This document shows positions 41,970 to 59,158 of a stretch of DNA of 64,000 nucleotides, in pieces (the stretch's first letter is position 1; each line of letters starts with the position of its first letter). The translations under genes were made by a program, and so were the position numbers. The DNA comes from Chrysomallon squamiferum (taxonomy: Eukaryota; Animalia; Mollusca): the NCBI GenBank assembly GCA_012295275.1, contig CM022672.1:33542001-33606000 (forward strand), written 5' to 3'. The notes under the pieces were generated by a model. It saw only the letters and a list, made by a program, of their open reading frames with translations, did no database searches and had not been told where the DNA came from.

Positions 41970-43810
41970 TCTTTTGTTGAAATGTTGTATATTTTGTCAT
42001 CATGTTTCAAATGTAGATGTATGTATAATTATGTCTGTATGCTTTAAAATTATTCAGCAGTGTTTTTTTTATATAATTATGTTGACTGATATAACTGCTA
42101 AAAACAAGGAAAAGAAAGAAGAGATGATGAAGTACAAAACATAAGCAGTAATAAGAATTGCTATATTTGTCAGAAAATATTCTTTTTATTTTAAAATAAC
42201 AAAAGTAAATGTTATTAATAGGTTGTATGTGATGATTTCTATATATTTATATTTATATATATATCTGTAATAATATGATGCACACTTTCAAAGAAAAACA
42301 CTAAAATGCTGTGTATTTTTTAAAATTCTGATGAGATGTATTATTTGTTTTTGCTTTGTTTTAATTTTCACTGCTCATTTAAAATGGTGATATATGTTTA
42401 TATTTACATTAGACCTCAAATATGGATGTTATAATTATTGAAACACACAAGTCATGCTTGATTGTTTATTTCTTGTTGATGTTTTATTTGTATGTATTTT
42501 ACTTTGATTTAAACCGATGATTATGTTTAAAAAAAAGAGAGAAAAAAAAAAAAGGAAAGGGCAGAAAAAAAAAGGAAAACAAGACTTCAAAAGGAAAAGA
42601 AATAGTAACAATATTTACATAATAGTTTTATATGTACTTAAGTTGTACATTATTTAATTTGAAAAAATTATATTCTTCAAAAAGATGAATTTGCAGTAAA
42701 TATCCTAAAATATGTTTTGAAGAGAAAAGCAAAAAAAAAACATAAATCAGTTTTATGTTTCTGTGTATATCTGTGAACACACAAAGACACACACACAGAA
42801 ACACATATAATTATAAACAGAACTGTGTAATACTGACCTTTGTAAAGTTTTGTATGAAGACACCAATAGTCTGATTATCTACTGCTGATGATATAATTAT
42901 CAATGACTTGTTTTGTAGTTGATCACTAGTTTCAGTTCCAGTTGTGTTGTATATTTACACCTAAAATCACTTTTGTTGAAATTGAATTTTGTAATATATT
43001 TTCTATCATGTTTCAAATGTAAGACAGTATAATTATGTCTCTATGCTTTGAAATTATTCAAAAGGAAATTTTTTTTTTTGTAATTATGTTGACTGAATAA
43101 CTATAAAACAAAAAAAGAAAGAAAAAAAATGATTTTCATAGATACAAAATGTGCAGAATATTGAATATATATTATTATTTTGTTTGAATATTTTTTTTTT
43201 AAAAAAAAAAATGTATAATGTTAGTAATATATATAATTATCAATGACATGTTTGTATATATCACCTAGTTTAAGTGCACACTTTCAAAGGAAAACACTAA
43301 AATGCTTTCTTTTTTTTGAATTCTGATTTTGTATATATTTTTCATCATTGTTTTAAATTTAAATATATGTATCATTTAAAATTAAAATTATTCATATGTT
43401 TTTATTTTTTTTTATAATTTATGTTGACTGATGATATAACTGCTAAAAACAAGAAAAAGAAAGAAGAGAAGATGAACTACAAAACATAAGCAGTAATAAG
43501 AATTGCTATATTTGTCATAAAATATACTTTTTATTTTAAAATCACAAAAGTAAATGTTATTAATAGATTGTATGTGATGATGTCTATATATATATATATA
43601 TTTATATATATGTGTAATGATACAAACACACACAGACACAAACACATATAATTATAAACAGAACTGTGTAATATTATGGTTTGACCTTTGTAATGTTTTG
43701 TATCAAGACATCAATAGTCTTGTTATCTACTTCTGATGATATAATTATCATTGAATTATTTTGGAGTAGATGTCTAGTGTCAACTGCAGTTGTGTTGTGG
43801 ATTTACACCT
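41970..43810 (+). repeat. Patchwork of local 150-210-bp duplications downstream of sacsin
   Basis: ~41970-42125 matches 42972-43130; ~42060-42270 matches 43405-43620; ~42776-42962 matches 43626-43810. Confidence 0.75.
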
Positions 43811-46212
43811 CTATCACATAAGATGTGAATTGAAATACACTAGCAGCATGAAATAATCTTAAGACAGGTGTTCAAATGTCAGTTAGTTGAAATATAGGAA
43901 AACAAAATTTTGTTCAGATCATACAATTATTGCTTGAACTAATATGAACCAAAGTATTTGGTTCATAAAAATATGATTTTGATAGATATTTGTTTTTCTA
44001 AAATGTGCAGAATATTGAATATATATTATTAGTTCTTTGAATCCTTACTTATGTGTTACAGATGTATATAATATGTAAGAATAATGTTTCGTCTGATAAT
44101 GTGTTTTGTCATATATGAATATAGGTTGTTACAAAATGTCAGTTATGTCGTTATCTACACAAATGGTGATGTATAGAACAATAGTTTTTCCTTTGTATTT
44201 TAATACTTGTAATACTGATGAATTGTAAGAAATGTTACTTTGATTTTAAAATATTATTCCATTTATACCAACAAGAACTCAAAAAATTTAAAAAATTAAA
44301 AGAGCAGATAGATATGTTATAAACATGTGGAATTAGTTTATTTTTGGTTTTCATTTTGCATTCAATAAATTGTTTTTTCACAGTTTTCAGACTAAATGAA
44401 GTGCAAATTATTATCACAGAGTCATATAATTAATGTTTATCTTATATTTAATTTAATATTATCAACCAGTGATCAAAAATTAATTGTAATTTTAATATGT
44501 ATATTTTTAAAAATATTTTAGTTTTGTATTTTTAGAAGCAGTTTTTTTTAAAAATTAATATTAAAATATGTTTTTAAATGATGTGAACTTCATTCATTTT
44601 GCTTAGAAAATGTTCTGATGGTACATGTTGGCAAATTTTCATTACATATATAATATTAAATGTGTTGTTAAACAGCTTAAGAGGTGATAAAATAATTTTA
44701 TGAGAGGTGTTAATATAAAAATAATGTACAAATGAAAGAGAAAAATGTTCTGATGGGTCAGTAGACTACAAAATTGGCTTGGTTAAATCAGGCAGTGGTT
44801 AATAAACCAACATGCTCGATTATATTTAATCACTTAATTTCATATCCTAATACAGAAAATGTATTGGATCATATGAAGAGGAAGTATCTTGGCTATAAAT
44901 TGTTTTTGTTCATAACTACTTGAATTATTATTATTATTATTAAAGAATATTATTTTATTTAGTTGTGTAAGTTGATCACCTGCAAGTCATATGTTACAAC
45001 ACAAGTGTTAATAGGTTTTGAATGAAGACCATAAACTTTTTTACATAATTTTTATATTTATTTCCATATCATTATTATCTTATAACATTTATAAATCTAT
45101 GTATAGATTCATCTAAACATGAATTTCATTTTAAAATATTTATTTATTAATTAGTATTAGTATTATTATTATTTAAAATGTAGGTATTTTGGCTATTTAT
45201 TTTTTGTTTCATTATGACAGCTTGAGACAGGTTAATGTTAACACATGAATTCATAAGATTTATGCAAATTAAGATTTGAATTAATATTTAATCTGCAGAA
45301 AAAGAAAGGATTTCTTTTCTATATCTCTGAACCTATAAAAAGTTACAAAATATTTGTTAGTCATCAGTGTTCTAAGACAAAAGACTGTTGTAAACTCACC
45401 ATATAATAATACCACATTACCATGTGCTTCAGGAAAATCTGGTTTAAGTTTGTAAAAAATTTCGTTTACATGTGTATGTTATGAGAATAGGTATAATAAT
45501 AATAATAATAATAATCCTTCTTCTTCTTTTTATTCTTATTATCATCTTAATATTATTATTATCATTTTATTCATATTAAGTAACAAAATAAAACAGTTGT
45601 CTCTTATAAACTAGTTTAAAATACAGTTACTGGATGGTGCGACCGAGTACAGGGGTATCGTAAAATAATTTTTCATTTTTCTAATCATCTCGTATTTACT
45701 TTTTTTATATCGCCTGAGTTCGTTCACCTACTTATAAACTAAAGTTTTTCCCTTCTTTTTTTTATAATTTTTTGTGTTTTTTTTTTAAACGTTATGGTTT
45801 TTTGTTTATATAAATCATTGACTTATTTACTTATTGTAGTCGTCTACTTCTTTGAACTGCTTATTATCTAGAGTTACTTCCCTTCTGTCAATAACAAAAT
45901 ATTTTATTTTTTCATCCATGTTCGATATCTAATAAAAACAAATATGTTATTGCAAACTGAATAACGATGATTATGAGTAACTAACGTAGCTAATCGATTA
46001 GAAAACATTTAAGGTAATTAAAATTTTTACTTTTATTGTCACTGTCGTTAAAATATTTTATTTAGAAAAAATATATTATGCTTACTTTTCTTTTTCTTTG
46101 TATTCTTCAATTTAATACTTTAATTATTTATCTTCAGTGTAAATTATATCGATAATAATGTGTGCTAAGTAATAAATAAATATAGACAAAAAGAAGATGT
46201 TTGTTTATTTTA

Positions 46213-46704
46213 TTAAAATGTATTTTGATTCTTAACATCGTCTATTTTCAATCGTTCTTTTTTGACTGACACTATTTTCGAAAAATTAATGATAGGACAG
46301 AAAGCAAGGACAAAACAAAGGAAATTATGTAGGTATGTAACAGTTTTCTGATATGGTTGAACATGGCGTTTTGATCCAGATAATGAAAGCTCTAGACTCA
46401 ATAATTCAGACTAAACTGGTTTCGATCCTATTTACGTGAGTGGCATGATGTGGAAGAAATCGGTGACGTTACTTCCACCATGGGTCGCATATTCTTTTTC
46501 ATCTAATGTGAACGATATCCCATTAGGTGTCCAGGGTAAATTATAATTCTATACCGACGACTGTACTGCTATTGCTAGACAGAAACACAACAGAAATTCA
46601 GCAATAACTTTGAAATGAACTAGAATGAATAAGGCGTTGCTCATTGATAACAAACTTTCTTTCTTACCTGGAAAGACTGAGTCAATTCTCTTTGCTTGAA
46701 ACAT
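46213..46704 (-). pseudogene. Degenerate signal-peptide-bearing ORF (family X), best-preserved copy
   Basis: MFQAKRIDSVFP | possible 60-nt GT-AG intron | VIAEFLLCFCLAIAVQSSV*NYNLPWTPNGISFTLDEKEYATHGGSNVTDFFHIMPLT*IGSKPV*SELLSLELSLSGSKRHVQ..NTF*, all in one frame with 3 internal stops. Confidence 0.3.
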
Positions 46705-47113
46705 GAAACAGCGTAGAGTGGTGAGGAAGATCGACAATCTTGTCTTTGTTTAACGTAAAACTCGGTTATCTATGAAACTTATTTTGTTAGAGAGGTTCTT
46801 TTAAAAAAAATAAGTAAGTCAGTAAGAAAATAACTAAATATATATATATTAAAGTACTACTTTTTATATGTGTATATTCTTGAGATAATCTAGCCTCTAT
46901 ATATGAAATAAAGAAGAGATGAAGTAACGACAAATATTAAATATGTATTAACACTTGTAATAAGTAAATAATCAGTATTTAACTGCCAATATATGTTAAT
47001 AATTAGAGTTCTTTTACAGGAATATACGCCATCGTGAATTTTTTAATTTTGAAGTTACATTAATTAGCGTCCAATTTTGTATAAGGCGAACTGAAACAGG
47101 TTTGAAATTTGTA

Positions 47114-47180
<67 letters not shown>

Positions 47181-47589
47181 TAATAAATAACAATAGTCCC
47201 TGCTAGAAAAAAAATAAAAAAATAAAAATAAATAAAAGACAGAACAACAAACAGCGTAAAATTGAAATACACCACAAGAGCGTATGCAGAAATGACAGCA
47301 GGTTTTGCTACGAATACGCCGAAAGCGAAAACTAGCTTCTCTTCAACCTGAGTATAAAAACGTTATAGACTCCATATCTCATATTATTTATTTATTTATT
47401 TATTACTATTATTACTATTACTATTACTATTATTATTATTACTATAATTACTATTATTACTATTACTATTATTATTATTATTATTACTATAATTACTATT
47501 ATTACTATTATTATTATTATTACTATTATTACTATTATTATTATTATTATTATTATTAGTATTAGTATTAGTATTATTATTATTATTAC

Positions 47590-47919
47590 TGTGTTACATA
47601 TGATGGAGGGTGTGTGATTACGTGTTCATGTGTTCTGTGGGAACGAGCGGATATCATTGGTCATCGTTAACGAACAATTTACGAAACATTCTGCTTCCTT
47701 TGATTCCTCTGAGGTAGCCACGTGTAATCATATATCAGCATGACAGTGCCTAGACGATATAGCCGATATAGCCGATATAGCCGATATAGCCGATAGAGGG
47801 TAGGAACGTCAACGAACTGTCACGAACTGCTTAACAGATAAACAGAGAAACACAAATGGCATGTCATGGATGCCATGGATCGTCGAGTCCAACAGCATCC
47901 TCAGCTCACATTGTACACA
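47590..47919. mobile_element. Copy of the possible solo LTR/MITE at 12197
   Basis: Same termini and the same 9-bp tandem repeat. Confidence 0.35.
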
Positions 47920-48322
47920 GAGCTTATTATTCTATTAGAATCATCATCATCAGTTTCGTGATCATCATTATTATAATCATCTTCGTCATCGACATCATCG
48001 TCACCATCACGACCATCATCATTGCCATCATCATACTTATCATCATCATCACCATGATTATTATTTTTGTTGTTGTTGTTGTTATAGAAATATATTTGCT
48101 AAATAATATTGTTGTGATGGTGGAATTAACGTAAAGGAACAGTCTACTTAAGTTGTATTGACGATGATATGATGATAATAATAATAATAATAATAATAAT
48201 ATTGATGATAATGATGCTGATGACGATAAACATCTTCGTCATCATCATTGTCGTTAGCTTTAGATTGTTTATAGAAATATATAATGATTTTATTTCTGTG
48301 ACCAATGCAGGGCAGTACATAC

Positions 48323-50722
48323 CCGCAACATGAAAGATACTGATGTAAACACTGACACTCTAAGTATGTATTCTCTGGTGACATCACAACACCGTCAGAT
48401 TCGCAGTACGGTTTGATTGTCCGTCATCTACAACAACAGCAATAGTTTAGTAAATGTCCAGTTTAACTACTCTCATATGATGATAATGAGAGAGAAACTA
48501 AGTTAAGCTCTCCTCCCCAAACTCTTATGTATGTTTTATTTTTCGCGTCCTAGCTATGAACGTTAGTATTTGTGTATGAATGTGTGTATGTGTGTGTGTT
48601 TGTTTTTGTGTGTTTGTTTATGTGTGATCCTGAGGGAAAGGTTAATATGTGTGTGACTGAATAATCATCAGTTTGTAAATTTGCTAGTATCCTGACAGTT
48701 ACTTCGGTCCGCGAATCAACGAAAAGCCTGTTTAATTGCGAGTTTAATTATCACCTCGGGAGTGGTGGGTGTTCCGGGCTCTTGTTTCGCAGAACGATCT
48801 GGCGACAGACGTCTAGCAGCAGGGTTCGTAACACCCTTTTCTTTCTTATAACAATCCGAAGATTTTTTGTTGAGGGAGAACTGTGGAACGATCCCATAGT
48901 ACGGTCGGTGTCCCGGGAACACACTTGGTAACTAGTTATTTATATGACTGCTGTTTTACCGTATTAACCCGTGTGTGGTTCATGTGACAGATTACAATAT
49001 TTCTATTCATCTATATTAATCTTTACTACCGTATTGATTGTTCAACAGTTTTATAAAATGTCTTCTGTTTGTTGTTTTCTTGTGTACAAAAACTTGATAC
49101 GGTATTTATAATATACTGCATAATTATATCCCATATCGGATAACCCTACAACAAGCCAACTCAGGTAGTAACTGACCTGAGACGGACATATATTTACAAC
49201 TTAGGGGAATCCCCGTGAAAGGAACAAATTGGGGCCTTGGTCAGGGATCTTAAGCGGAGACGTACCTATTGAAATCTGATTTGTAATTGAGGGCTTTATA
49301 AATTTGTATTGCAATTCAGTAGACGTACGCCATAGTACCCAGGTAGTCGGTTTAATGAGGTCAGCTGAGCCATAGTTACTGGGTAGACCATCGCCAGAAA
49401 GGGTAAATGAACCGGTTGAGTTTGACAAAAGGCTAAGTCACGAATTTAAAGCCGGGGATAAGGTGCTGCTGTAGCTTCCATTTAAAAAGGGTTCATTGAA
49501 GAACCGATATTTCAGTCACTATGTTGTGCATAAACGGGTTAAAGAGACAGGCTATATTATAACGCTCCTGATAGGGATAGGACAATTAGGTATTGTCACA
49601 TCAGTTTACTAAAGGGCTACGTTGACAGACTGCGGATAGTTCCCGTGTTACCTGTCCAGACTGGGAGCCTCTCAACCCCGTGTGATGACGCCAGGACTGC
49701 AGAGATCAAATTAACCAACAGCCACATTCTAGCAGACTTGAGTCTATTTCTACAGCACCTTGACAACCCTCAGCATGCATATGAGATAATACTTCCACTT
49801 TTCAGAGCTTTACCTAATACTTTAATCCAGGATGTTTGGAGCCAAACGCTACACCGATTCGCCGGCATTCCTATCGGCTAAACTCGGAAAAACTGGCAGT
49901 AGTGAAAAAAGTAGGTAGATTACATGCTGGAACACAACATTTTGGAATACAACATTCTGAAACCATCGTTCAGTCAGTTGGCATCACCTGTTATTCTAAT
50001 TCAAAAAGGTGATAACAGCTTTCGGGTGTGTGCTGTCCTGTGTCGTATGAATCAACTCATAATGGCAGATGTTTACCCTCTGCCCCGCCTTGACGATTGC
50101 ATCGATCAGGTTGGACATGCTAAATTCATCACCAAATTGGACTTACTGAAGGGTTATTACGTCATTCTCTTAAGAAATCGGCACTGCATCCAGAGGTTGT
50201 TTTTACTGACCATGATCCACTGACCTTCACCCACAGAAGGAAAGCCACCAACCGGGGCATTTTAAGATGGAGTCTTCTTCTGCAGGAATTCCCAATTACC
50301 ATTGAAACCTCAAAAAATCATCATTCTTCTCTATGACCTCTTTCTATCTGTCAGCTTTTTAATGCTACATTCATGAAATTCCTTAGTTTTAGCTAATATT
50401 TACTTCATACAAACAGACATAACTTTCCTCATTGCCTGACACAAACACACACACACACACACATACATGCACACACACACGCGCACGTACACTAATATAT
50501 AATAATTAATATTATAATTAATTAATTTACGAAAACAAAGACGACAGGGTATATTACTAATGACAAATATTCTTTATAACCACAACTAGTTACTTTGGTT
50601 TGAATATCAATCTACAGAAATGATCAACGTACCTGTGATGCTGAGTTTAGCATCTCCATCAGACAGTAACAATCTGAAGTGTAAAGAAACGTAGAAAACG
50701 TTAGGACAGCGAAAACCAACAT
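48323..50722 (-). pseudogene. Beta-MSP-like pseudogene D' (exon 1 50722-50633, exon 2 48427-48323)
   Basis: Exon 1 reads MLVFAVLTFSTFLYTSDCYCLMEMLNSASQ (90 nt, wrong phase). The spliced frame stops after 10 codons of exon 2, and exon 3 is absent. Confidence 0.85.
48652..50310 (+). mobile_element. Gmr1-like LTR retrotransposon remnant, duplicate copy
   Basis: Same LTR/PBS/INT-RT-RH fragments as at 13254; the RH fragment reads HPEVVFTDHDPLTFTHRRKATNRGILRWSLLLQEFPITIE. Confidence 0.85.
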
Positions 50723-51373
50723 GTTCGCTTCTCTCACTCGATGTTTTTATGACTGTCGAACTTACTGAACTTAGAAAAGATAAGAAAAACAACCATATGT
50801 TGTTTTCTTTTTTTTATTTTCTTCTATTTTTCTTCTTTTTTTCAACCTTTGCGTTTTTGGTATGTAAATTTGTGTAACGGAGAGCCATATAGAGATAGTG
50901 AATGAGTCTGAGAAAGAAAGAAAAAACGAGAGAGAGAGAGACTTGAAACTTGACAAATAATGTTATATTTGTGTTGTCATTGTGGTTATATGTATGTGTA
51001 TGTTTGTGTGTGTGTGTACCTCTTTCTCTCTCTCTATATATATAAAACTGACAAATTTGCACACAAGGTTTACGCACACACGTACAAAAGCGAAACCTCT
51101 TCTTTAAAAGGCTAATTGTTCATTTTTTATTTTAATTTTGCATTGTTGTAAGAAAGATGTGAATTCTGATAGAAAGGGTTTAAAGGTATATGAAATCTGA
51201 ATTATGCTCAATTTAAATTTAACCTGATGCAAATATACAGGCAATGTTTTCTGAGAAAAAAATATAATTATTTTGTGGAAGAATTAATGAAAGAATGAAT
51301 GTTTAACACACAAACCTGCAAATAAAAGTAGTAGTAGTAGCAGTAATAATAATAATACTAATAATAAAATAAA

Positions 51374-51405
<32 letters not shown>

Positions 51406-51407
51406 AA

Positions 51408-51442
<35 letters not shown>

Positions 51443-51563
51443 GTGTTCTGTAATACAAATTAATATTTGAAAAAATAAATAAAAAAAAAAAAAAAAAAAA
51501 AAATAAATAATTCAGTAAAAAATAAATAATTAATTTTGATTTCAAGTTTCTCCCAGAACGGAG

Positions 51564-51750
51564 AGGGCGATTCCTGGATGTACTGCAATATCGGGTAAAC
51601 CCGTGGCAAAGGCGGAGCAAGCCCCTGACACTTCGCTTAGTTCCAAAAATCAGTTTAATATCGATGTCCCCCAATGGAGAACGTATCAAATATTAAGCTG
51701 ATAAGAACAGACACTACACTTTGATCTTAGCAGAAAGGCCGATAAACAAA
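51564..51750 (-). ncRNA. U2: U2 snRNA variant or pseudogene, duplicate copy
   Basis: Same sequence as 16168-16353 apart from small indels. Confidence 0.9.
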
Positions 51751-52263
51751 ACCTACATTTATTAAGCAAATCATATAAATATTTAAGAAAGCAATTGGAC
51801 ACTGGTGTGTGATTTTAGACAGATAAATAGACAGATTAATAACTGTGTAATGGAGATAAGAATTTTCTGACAAAATTTCAGCGTTTAATAATGCTTGTTT
51901 CTGTTGCCTTGCACTGTGTGATTTGAATAATATTTAAACAGAACTGTGCGTGAATTTAACATACATTTGGACCTGTTGCGTTCTTCCCATCTATGAAACG
52001 TAGCTCTGACGAATTTCCGTTCGATGCATACTAAAAATAACTTCCACATTTAGAAAAGCTTAGCTTCTCAGTCAGTGCAGCGTGCGTTCGAGCACTTGGT
52101 GTTCATTTATAACCCAAGTGAAGAATTAGCCACAAGGACAAAATTAACCCAGTTTTTATTACCGTCTTCCAAAATTTACAATGATATAAATACATAAGAA
52201 TCCTATTCTGAAGTGCTGCAATATTTGAAAAATGAAAGACGGAGAGGCAGACAGTGATTGAGA

Positions 52264-52399
<136 letters not shown>

Positions 52400-53439
52400 A
52401 ACAGAGAGAGAGAGAGAGAGTGTGTGTGTGTGTGTGAGAGAGCGAGAAACAAAAACAGAAGGACAGAAATAGACAGAGAGACATCATGAAACTTCATAAA
52501 TAATGTTGTTGTCAGTGGGGTTATATGTGCGTGTGTGTTTGTGTACTTGTGAGTGCAGATTTGCATATGCATATGTGTGTGTGTGTGTGTGTATATAACT
52601 GACAAATTTTACACACAAGCAGGTTTACACGCACACACACACACACACACACATGCACACTACTCCATAAACATAAGCGAAACCATTTCCTTAAAAGGCT
52701 AATTGTTTATTTTTTGTATTAATATATTTTTTTTAATTTTCATGTTTGGGAGAAAGGTGTGAATTCTGATAGAAAGGGTTTAAATTTAGCGTATATGAAA
52801 TCTGAATTATGCTCAATTTAAATTTAACCTGATGCAAATATACAGGCAATGTTTTCAAATAAAAAGATCTAGTTATTTTGTGGAAGAATTAGTTAAAGAA
52901 TGAATATTTAACGACAATCCAGAAAATATATTGTCTTGAATATTTAAATAATAATAATAATATTAATAATAAAGGCAATTTCAATAATAGCAATAATAAC
53001 AACAGAATAGTGAAGGTATAAAACAGCTATAGGCACTATGGAGGTAATAGTAATATTATTGTTACTGTTACTTCTAAATCGGCGCCAACTTTCTGCTAAA
53101 TGTCATAATCAGGAATGTCGTGCAAAAATCACAAGCGACTGAGCCAAAGAAACAAACATTTTTCATTATATATATAGTTGTAGCAATACTCGAGTAGTAA
53201 AATGTAAAAGTAATGACTGTAATAATAATAGTAACAGATGTGTTAGTACTAGAGTTATTAGTAGAGTCTGATATAACTTAGTAGCATTAGTAGCATTATT
53301 AGTCGAGTAGGGTTTTTGTAGTATTGGTAGGATTGCCAGTACTATGAGTGGTAGCTGTCTCATTAGAACTCCGCCTGTGACTAAGACATTAAGAAACAAT
53401 TCACAGTAGCGAGAAGACATAAAAGGTGGACTTTCAGAG

Positions 53440-54820
53440 AAACCAAACGTCTTGAAAATTTCTAAGTAAGTAGTCAGGCAGCACCAGAAAAAATAATAAG
53501 TAGTGGCTCTCTGGTGGAATGAAAACGAAAACGAAATTATTTTACTACTTTGAAATAAACACAAAATAACACCCAGCTTCAAATAGTGCATGATATTTTG
53601 AAAATAAAATACAGAAAATAAACTAAATTTGTTATTGATGAAAATATATCTGGTAAGGGCAAAGATACACACTGACATAAAAACCAGTCATTTATTTTTA
53701 ACATTAGTTTAGCAGATCGTGTATACAACTCAGTTCATTGTTTTGTCAGAAGCTAAACGTGCCTGCTTTGACGAAACTCTACACTACTGTCACGAAATTT
53801 TACACTGCTGCAATGAAACTACACTGCTGACTCACATGACTGGTATTACTTTTGTATGAGTCGGTTTTATACGTTCACTGGGAACACACCGCCCATTATA
53901 AAATAACACATGCATTTATCAAGTTACAAAAGCTTGAGCAAAAGTAAGAAAAAAAGAAAAAAGAAAGAAAGGAAAGAAAATAACAACAGTAATAGTATTT
54001 ATAGCATTATTATTATACTGTTACTATTACTACTACTACTGCTGCTGCTACGGATCACCTATTTTCTGTATAGCGATCTTTCTGAGTCATCATACTTCTA
54101 ACTGTAACACCTGAGAAATCGGGACATACTTGAGAGGCCAGATGAAGTTTAGGATTACTCACTAAGGTTAGCTTACACACACACATACAAAATATAAACG
54201 AATACTGTAATACCTGACAAATCGGGACATACTTGAGAGGCCAGATAAAGTTTAGAATGACTCATTAAGTTTAGCTCGCTCTCATGTAGTAAACGAACAA
54301 AATAACTGTGCATGATATAACGTTCAACATAGTGACACATTTTCCGAAGTTAAGCTCCCTTCGTGATGCAGAATTACGTTTTTTAGTTAGTATAGCCATA
54401 AATACACTCACACAATTCTTCTTCTTCTTCTTATTATTATTATATATTTTGTTTTGTTTTTTTGAATATTTAAGGACTCGTTTGTATATAGGGCGTATAC
54501 TGTCATATATCTCATCCCTTGAGTAACACACAGTCTGCCATGAATTGAACAGCCAATCAAACACAGGCTAAGAACAATACGTGAAAAAGAGCTTTCTCTT
54601 TTCTAAGGGAAAAGTAACCTCACGTATCCATCAAAGGCAACATTAACCAAAGTATCCAATAAAGTCAGTAAACTGCTAGATTTCATAATAAATCTACAGA
54701 AGACACCTCTAACTACGTTTACTCTGAGAGAAACAAAATGATGGGATCGTGGAAATGTAGGGAAAGTTGAAATTCATCGGGTATTGATTAACAGTAAGGT
54801 AAGTCCAGGCAAAAATAATT
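53440..54820 (+). repeat. Low-copy module M, copy 4
   Basis: Duplicate of 18015-19400. Confidence 0.85.
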
Positions 54821-55175
54821 TATTTGTGAACGAATTAGACCTGACATAGCTACCAATGAGAAACAAACAACTTAAAAACTGTTCAGAAGCCGAATTTCAA
54901 ATTGTTATACAAGATCCAGTGAATTTCTTCACCAAGAAACAAGATAATGTTTATTTAAATATTTTATTAGGACATACTTTTTCTTTTCAGTTTGAAATAT
55001 GTAATTGGCAGAACAATGTGGTCTTTCTAAATTATGAAAATAACGGGTCAGCAATAAGGCCAAATGATATCTATTTAGATTCAAGGCATTCTATGTAGAA
55101 ACTAGATTAACTGATTTTTAACTCACATTTGGCTGTATTAGCGAAATATTTATTGAATAATTTATCTATTGTCAT

Positions 55176-55226
<51 letters not shown>

Positions 55227-56077
55227 GTTATTTATTTATTTATTTAGTTAGTTAGTTAGTTATTTAGTTTAGATAGTTATTTAGTTAGTTAGTTAGTTAT
55301 ATCAGGCCTCGAAATGACAGATCGTCAGGTCGGCAAATGCGGCTAAAATTATGGGTCAATATCCAAAAAATATTATTCTGGCGACCTTGTTGTTTGCTTC
55401 CTTAAGTTTAAACATGTTAATCATTTTATCGTAAATATTTATTTCACATAAAAATCTCACACTAAATTTGTGGACCGAATATATATGTATTAGTAATAGT
55501 AGTAGGTAGTAGTAGGGGTTGTAGTAGTAGTAGTGGTAGTAGTAGTAGTAGTAATAGTAGATGTAGTAATAGTAGCAGTAGTAGGAGTTGTAGTAATAGT
55601 AGTAGTAGTAGTAATGAAAAATATTTATTTATTTGTTTGTTTGCTTGTTTATTTACTTATTTGTTTGTTAGTTTGTTTGTTTGTTTATTTTTATTTTTAT
55701 TTACTACTTCTTGTAGTAAACGTAGTACTGTAAATGACATAACTGTTCACACTGTTAGAATAACTAGCGACACCAGTTCGCAATTACTGTATCCATTCTT
55801 CTTCCTTCTGACATAACAGTATAAAAATACGCCGCAATAAAATATAAATTTACACTACCTATAGTGATTTTTGTTGTAGACTGTATTTCAAAAATACAGA
55901 TAACGTCATTTAAGCAGTAATAACTAAAGTGTTGCAACGATATAAAGCTGAAGTAGTCATACGAGTAGTTCCATAAATAGTTTGGGTAATCAAAGTAGAA
56001 ATGTTACTAGGTTTCGCCTACGTTGTTATCATCGTTGTCGCAATAAAAGTAGTAGTTATAATCATAATAATAATAAT

Positions 56078-56129
<52 letters not shown>

Positions 56130-56651
56130 TTAAAAATAATAATAATAATAATAATAATAATAATCATATTCATAATGGCAGTTCCAATAATAGCAATAAT
56201 AACAATATAGTGAAGGTACGACAACAGATACAGATACTATAGAAGTAATATTATTATTATTATTATTATTATTACTGATACTTCTAAATTGTGCCAACTT
56301 TCTGCTAAATGTCACATACAAGAATGTCTAGAAGCAGCCTTTTAGGTAAAACCGTTCATTTTTATTTAGATCCGCATGAAATATTCTCCGATTAATTCCA
56401 CAGTGACAAGCGACTGAGTTAACAGAAACAAACATAGTTATATATATATATATATAAACTGATAGCAGTACTCGAGTAGTAAAATGTAATAGTAATGGGT
56501 GTAATGATAATAGTAACAGATGTGTTTGTATTATCATTATCAGTAGAGTAGGGTTTGGTAGTATTTGTAGTATTACCAGTAGTATGAGTGGTAGCTGTCT
56601 CATTAGAACTCAGTCTGTAGTTCAGACATTAAGAAACAATAAACACAGATA

Positions 56652-57992
<1,341 letters not shown>

Positions 57993-58037
57993 ATGATTCC
58001 CACATTGCTTTGTTTTGTTTTTGTTCTTGTTTTTTTG

Positions 58038-58648
58038 TCACTGCGAAATTGCAAATATCACTCTAGTCAAAGTTATTTGTATAGATTCTGTATAATATTT
58101 TCTGTAATGTTTCACAACGGAATAATTATTAACTGACCCTGACAGTTTGTAAAAATTGCGGGAAAGTTTATACAAAAGTAATTTTTTTGTTGTTGTAGAA
58201 AACAGATGTTGAAATGTTACTGCTTTTGGTCTAAGTGTACAGTATGGTATATATTTATTTCTCTCAGAAGATAAAGTTGTGCGTAAAAATATAGAGGATC
58301 TCAGCACCAGTATCAGAATTACATGAATGAAATACTCTGTCTTCTCTTTCGATACTGAACCATCTACAAGTTTCAATAGTAAGTCTGACATTACTGCTTA
58401 TAAACTTTCTATCATTTTTTTTTTTTGGCATCTTGAACAGATAATTTTCTAATTTAAATTCATCTTTAGACTTCCTGTAATTAATACCTTTAGATGACTC
58501 AAGTTTATTTACGATTTTTGTAAAACATAAAAGCTTTTCAACCACAAGACATTCATTTGGAGACATGAATACGTACTATATAAACCACATTTATCTAGTA
58601 TACTTTTTATGGAATATAACAAAGGACATTGATATAGCATTTAAACTA
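58038..58648 (-). mobile_element. LINE ORF2 3' fragment, duplicate copy
   Basis: ORFs 58264-58566 and 58038-58391 carry the LINE C-terminal motifs. Confidence 0.8.
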
Positions 58649-59115
58649 GATTTCATAATAAATCTACAGAAGACACCTCTGACTACGTTTACTCTGAGAG
58701 AAACAAATGATGGGATCGTGGAAATGTAGGGAAAGTTGAAATTCATCGGGTATTGATTAACAGTAAGGTAAGACCAGGCAAAAATAATTTATTTGTGAAC
58801 GAATTAGACCTGACATAGCTACCAATGAGAAACAAACAACTTAAAAACTGTTCAGAAGCCGAATTTCTTCACCAAGAAACAAGATAATGTTTATTTAAAT
58901 ATTTTATTAGGACATACTTTTTCTTTTCAGTTTGAAATATGTAATTAGCAGAACAATGTGGACTTTCTAAACGATGAAAATAACGGATCAGCAATAATGC
59001 CAAATGATATCTATTTAGATTCAAGACATTCTATGTAGAAACTAGATTAACTGATTTTTAACTCACATTTGGTTGTATTAGCGAAATATTTATTGAATAA
59101 TTTATCTATTCTCAT

Positions 59116-59158
<43 letters not shown>
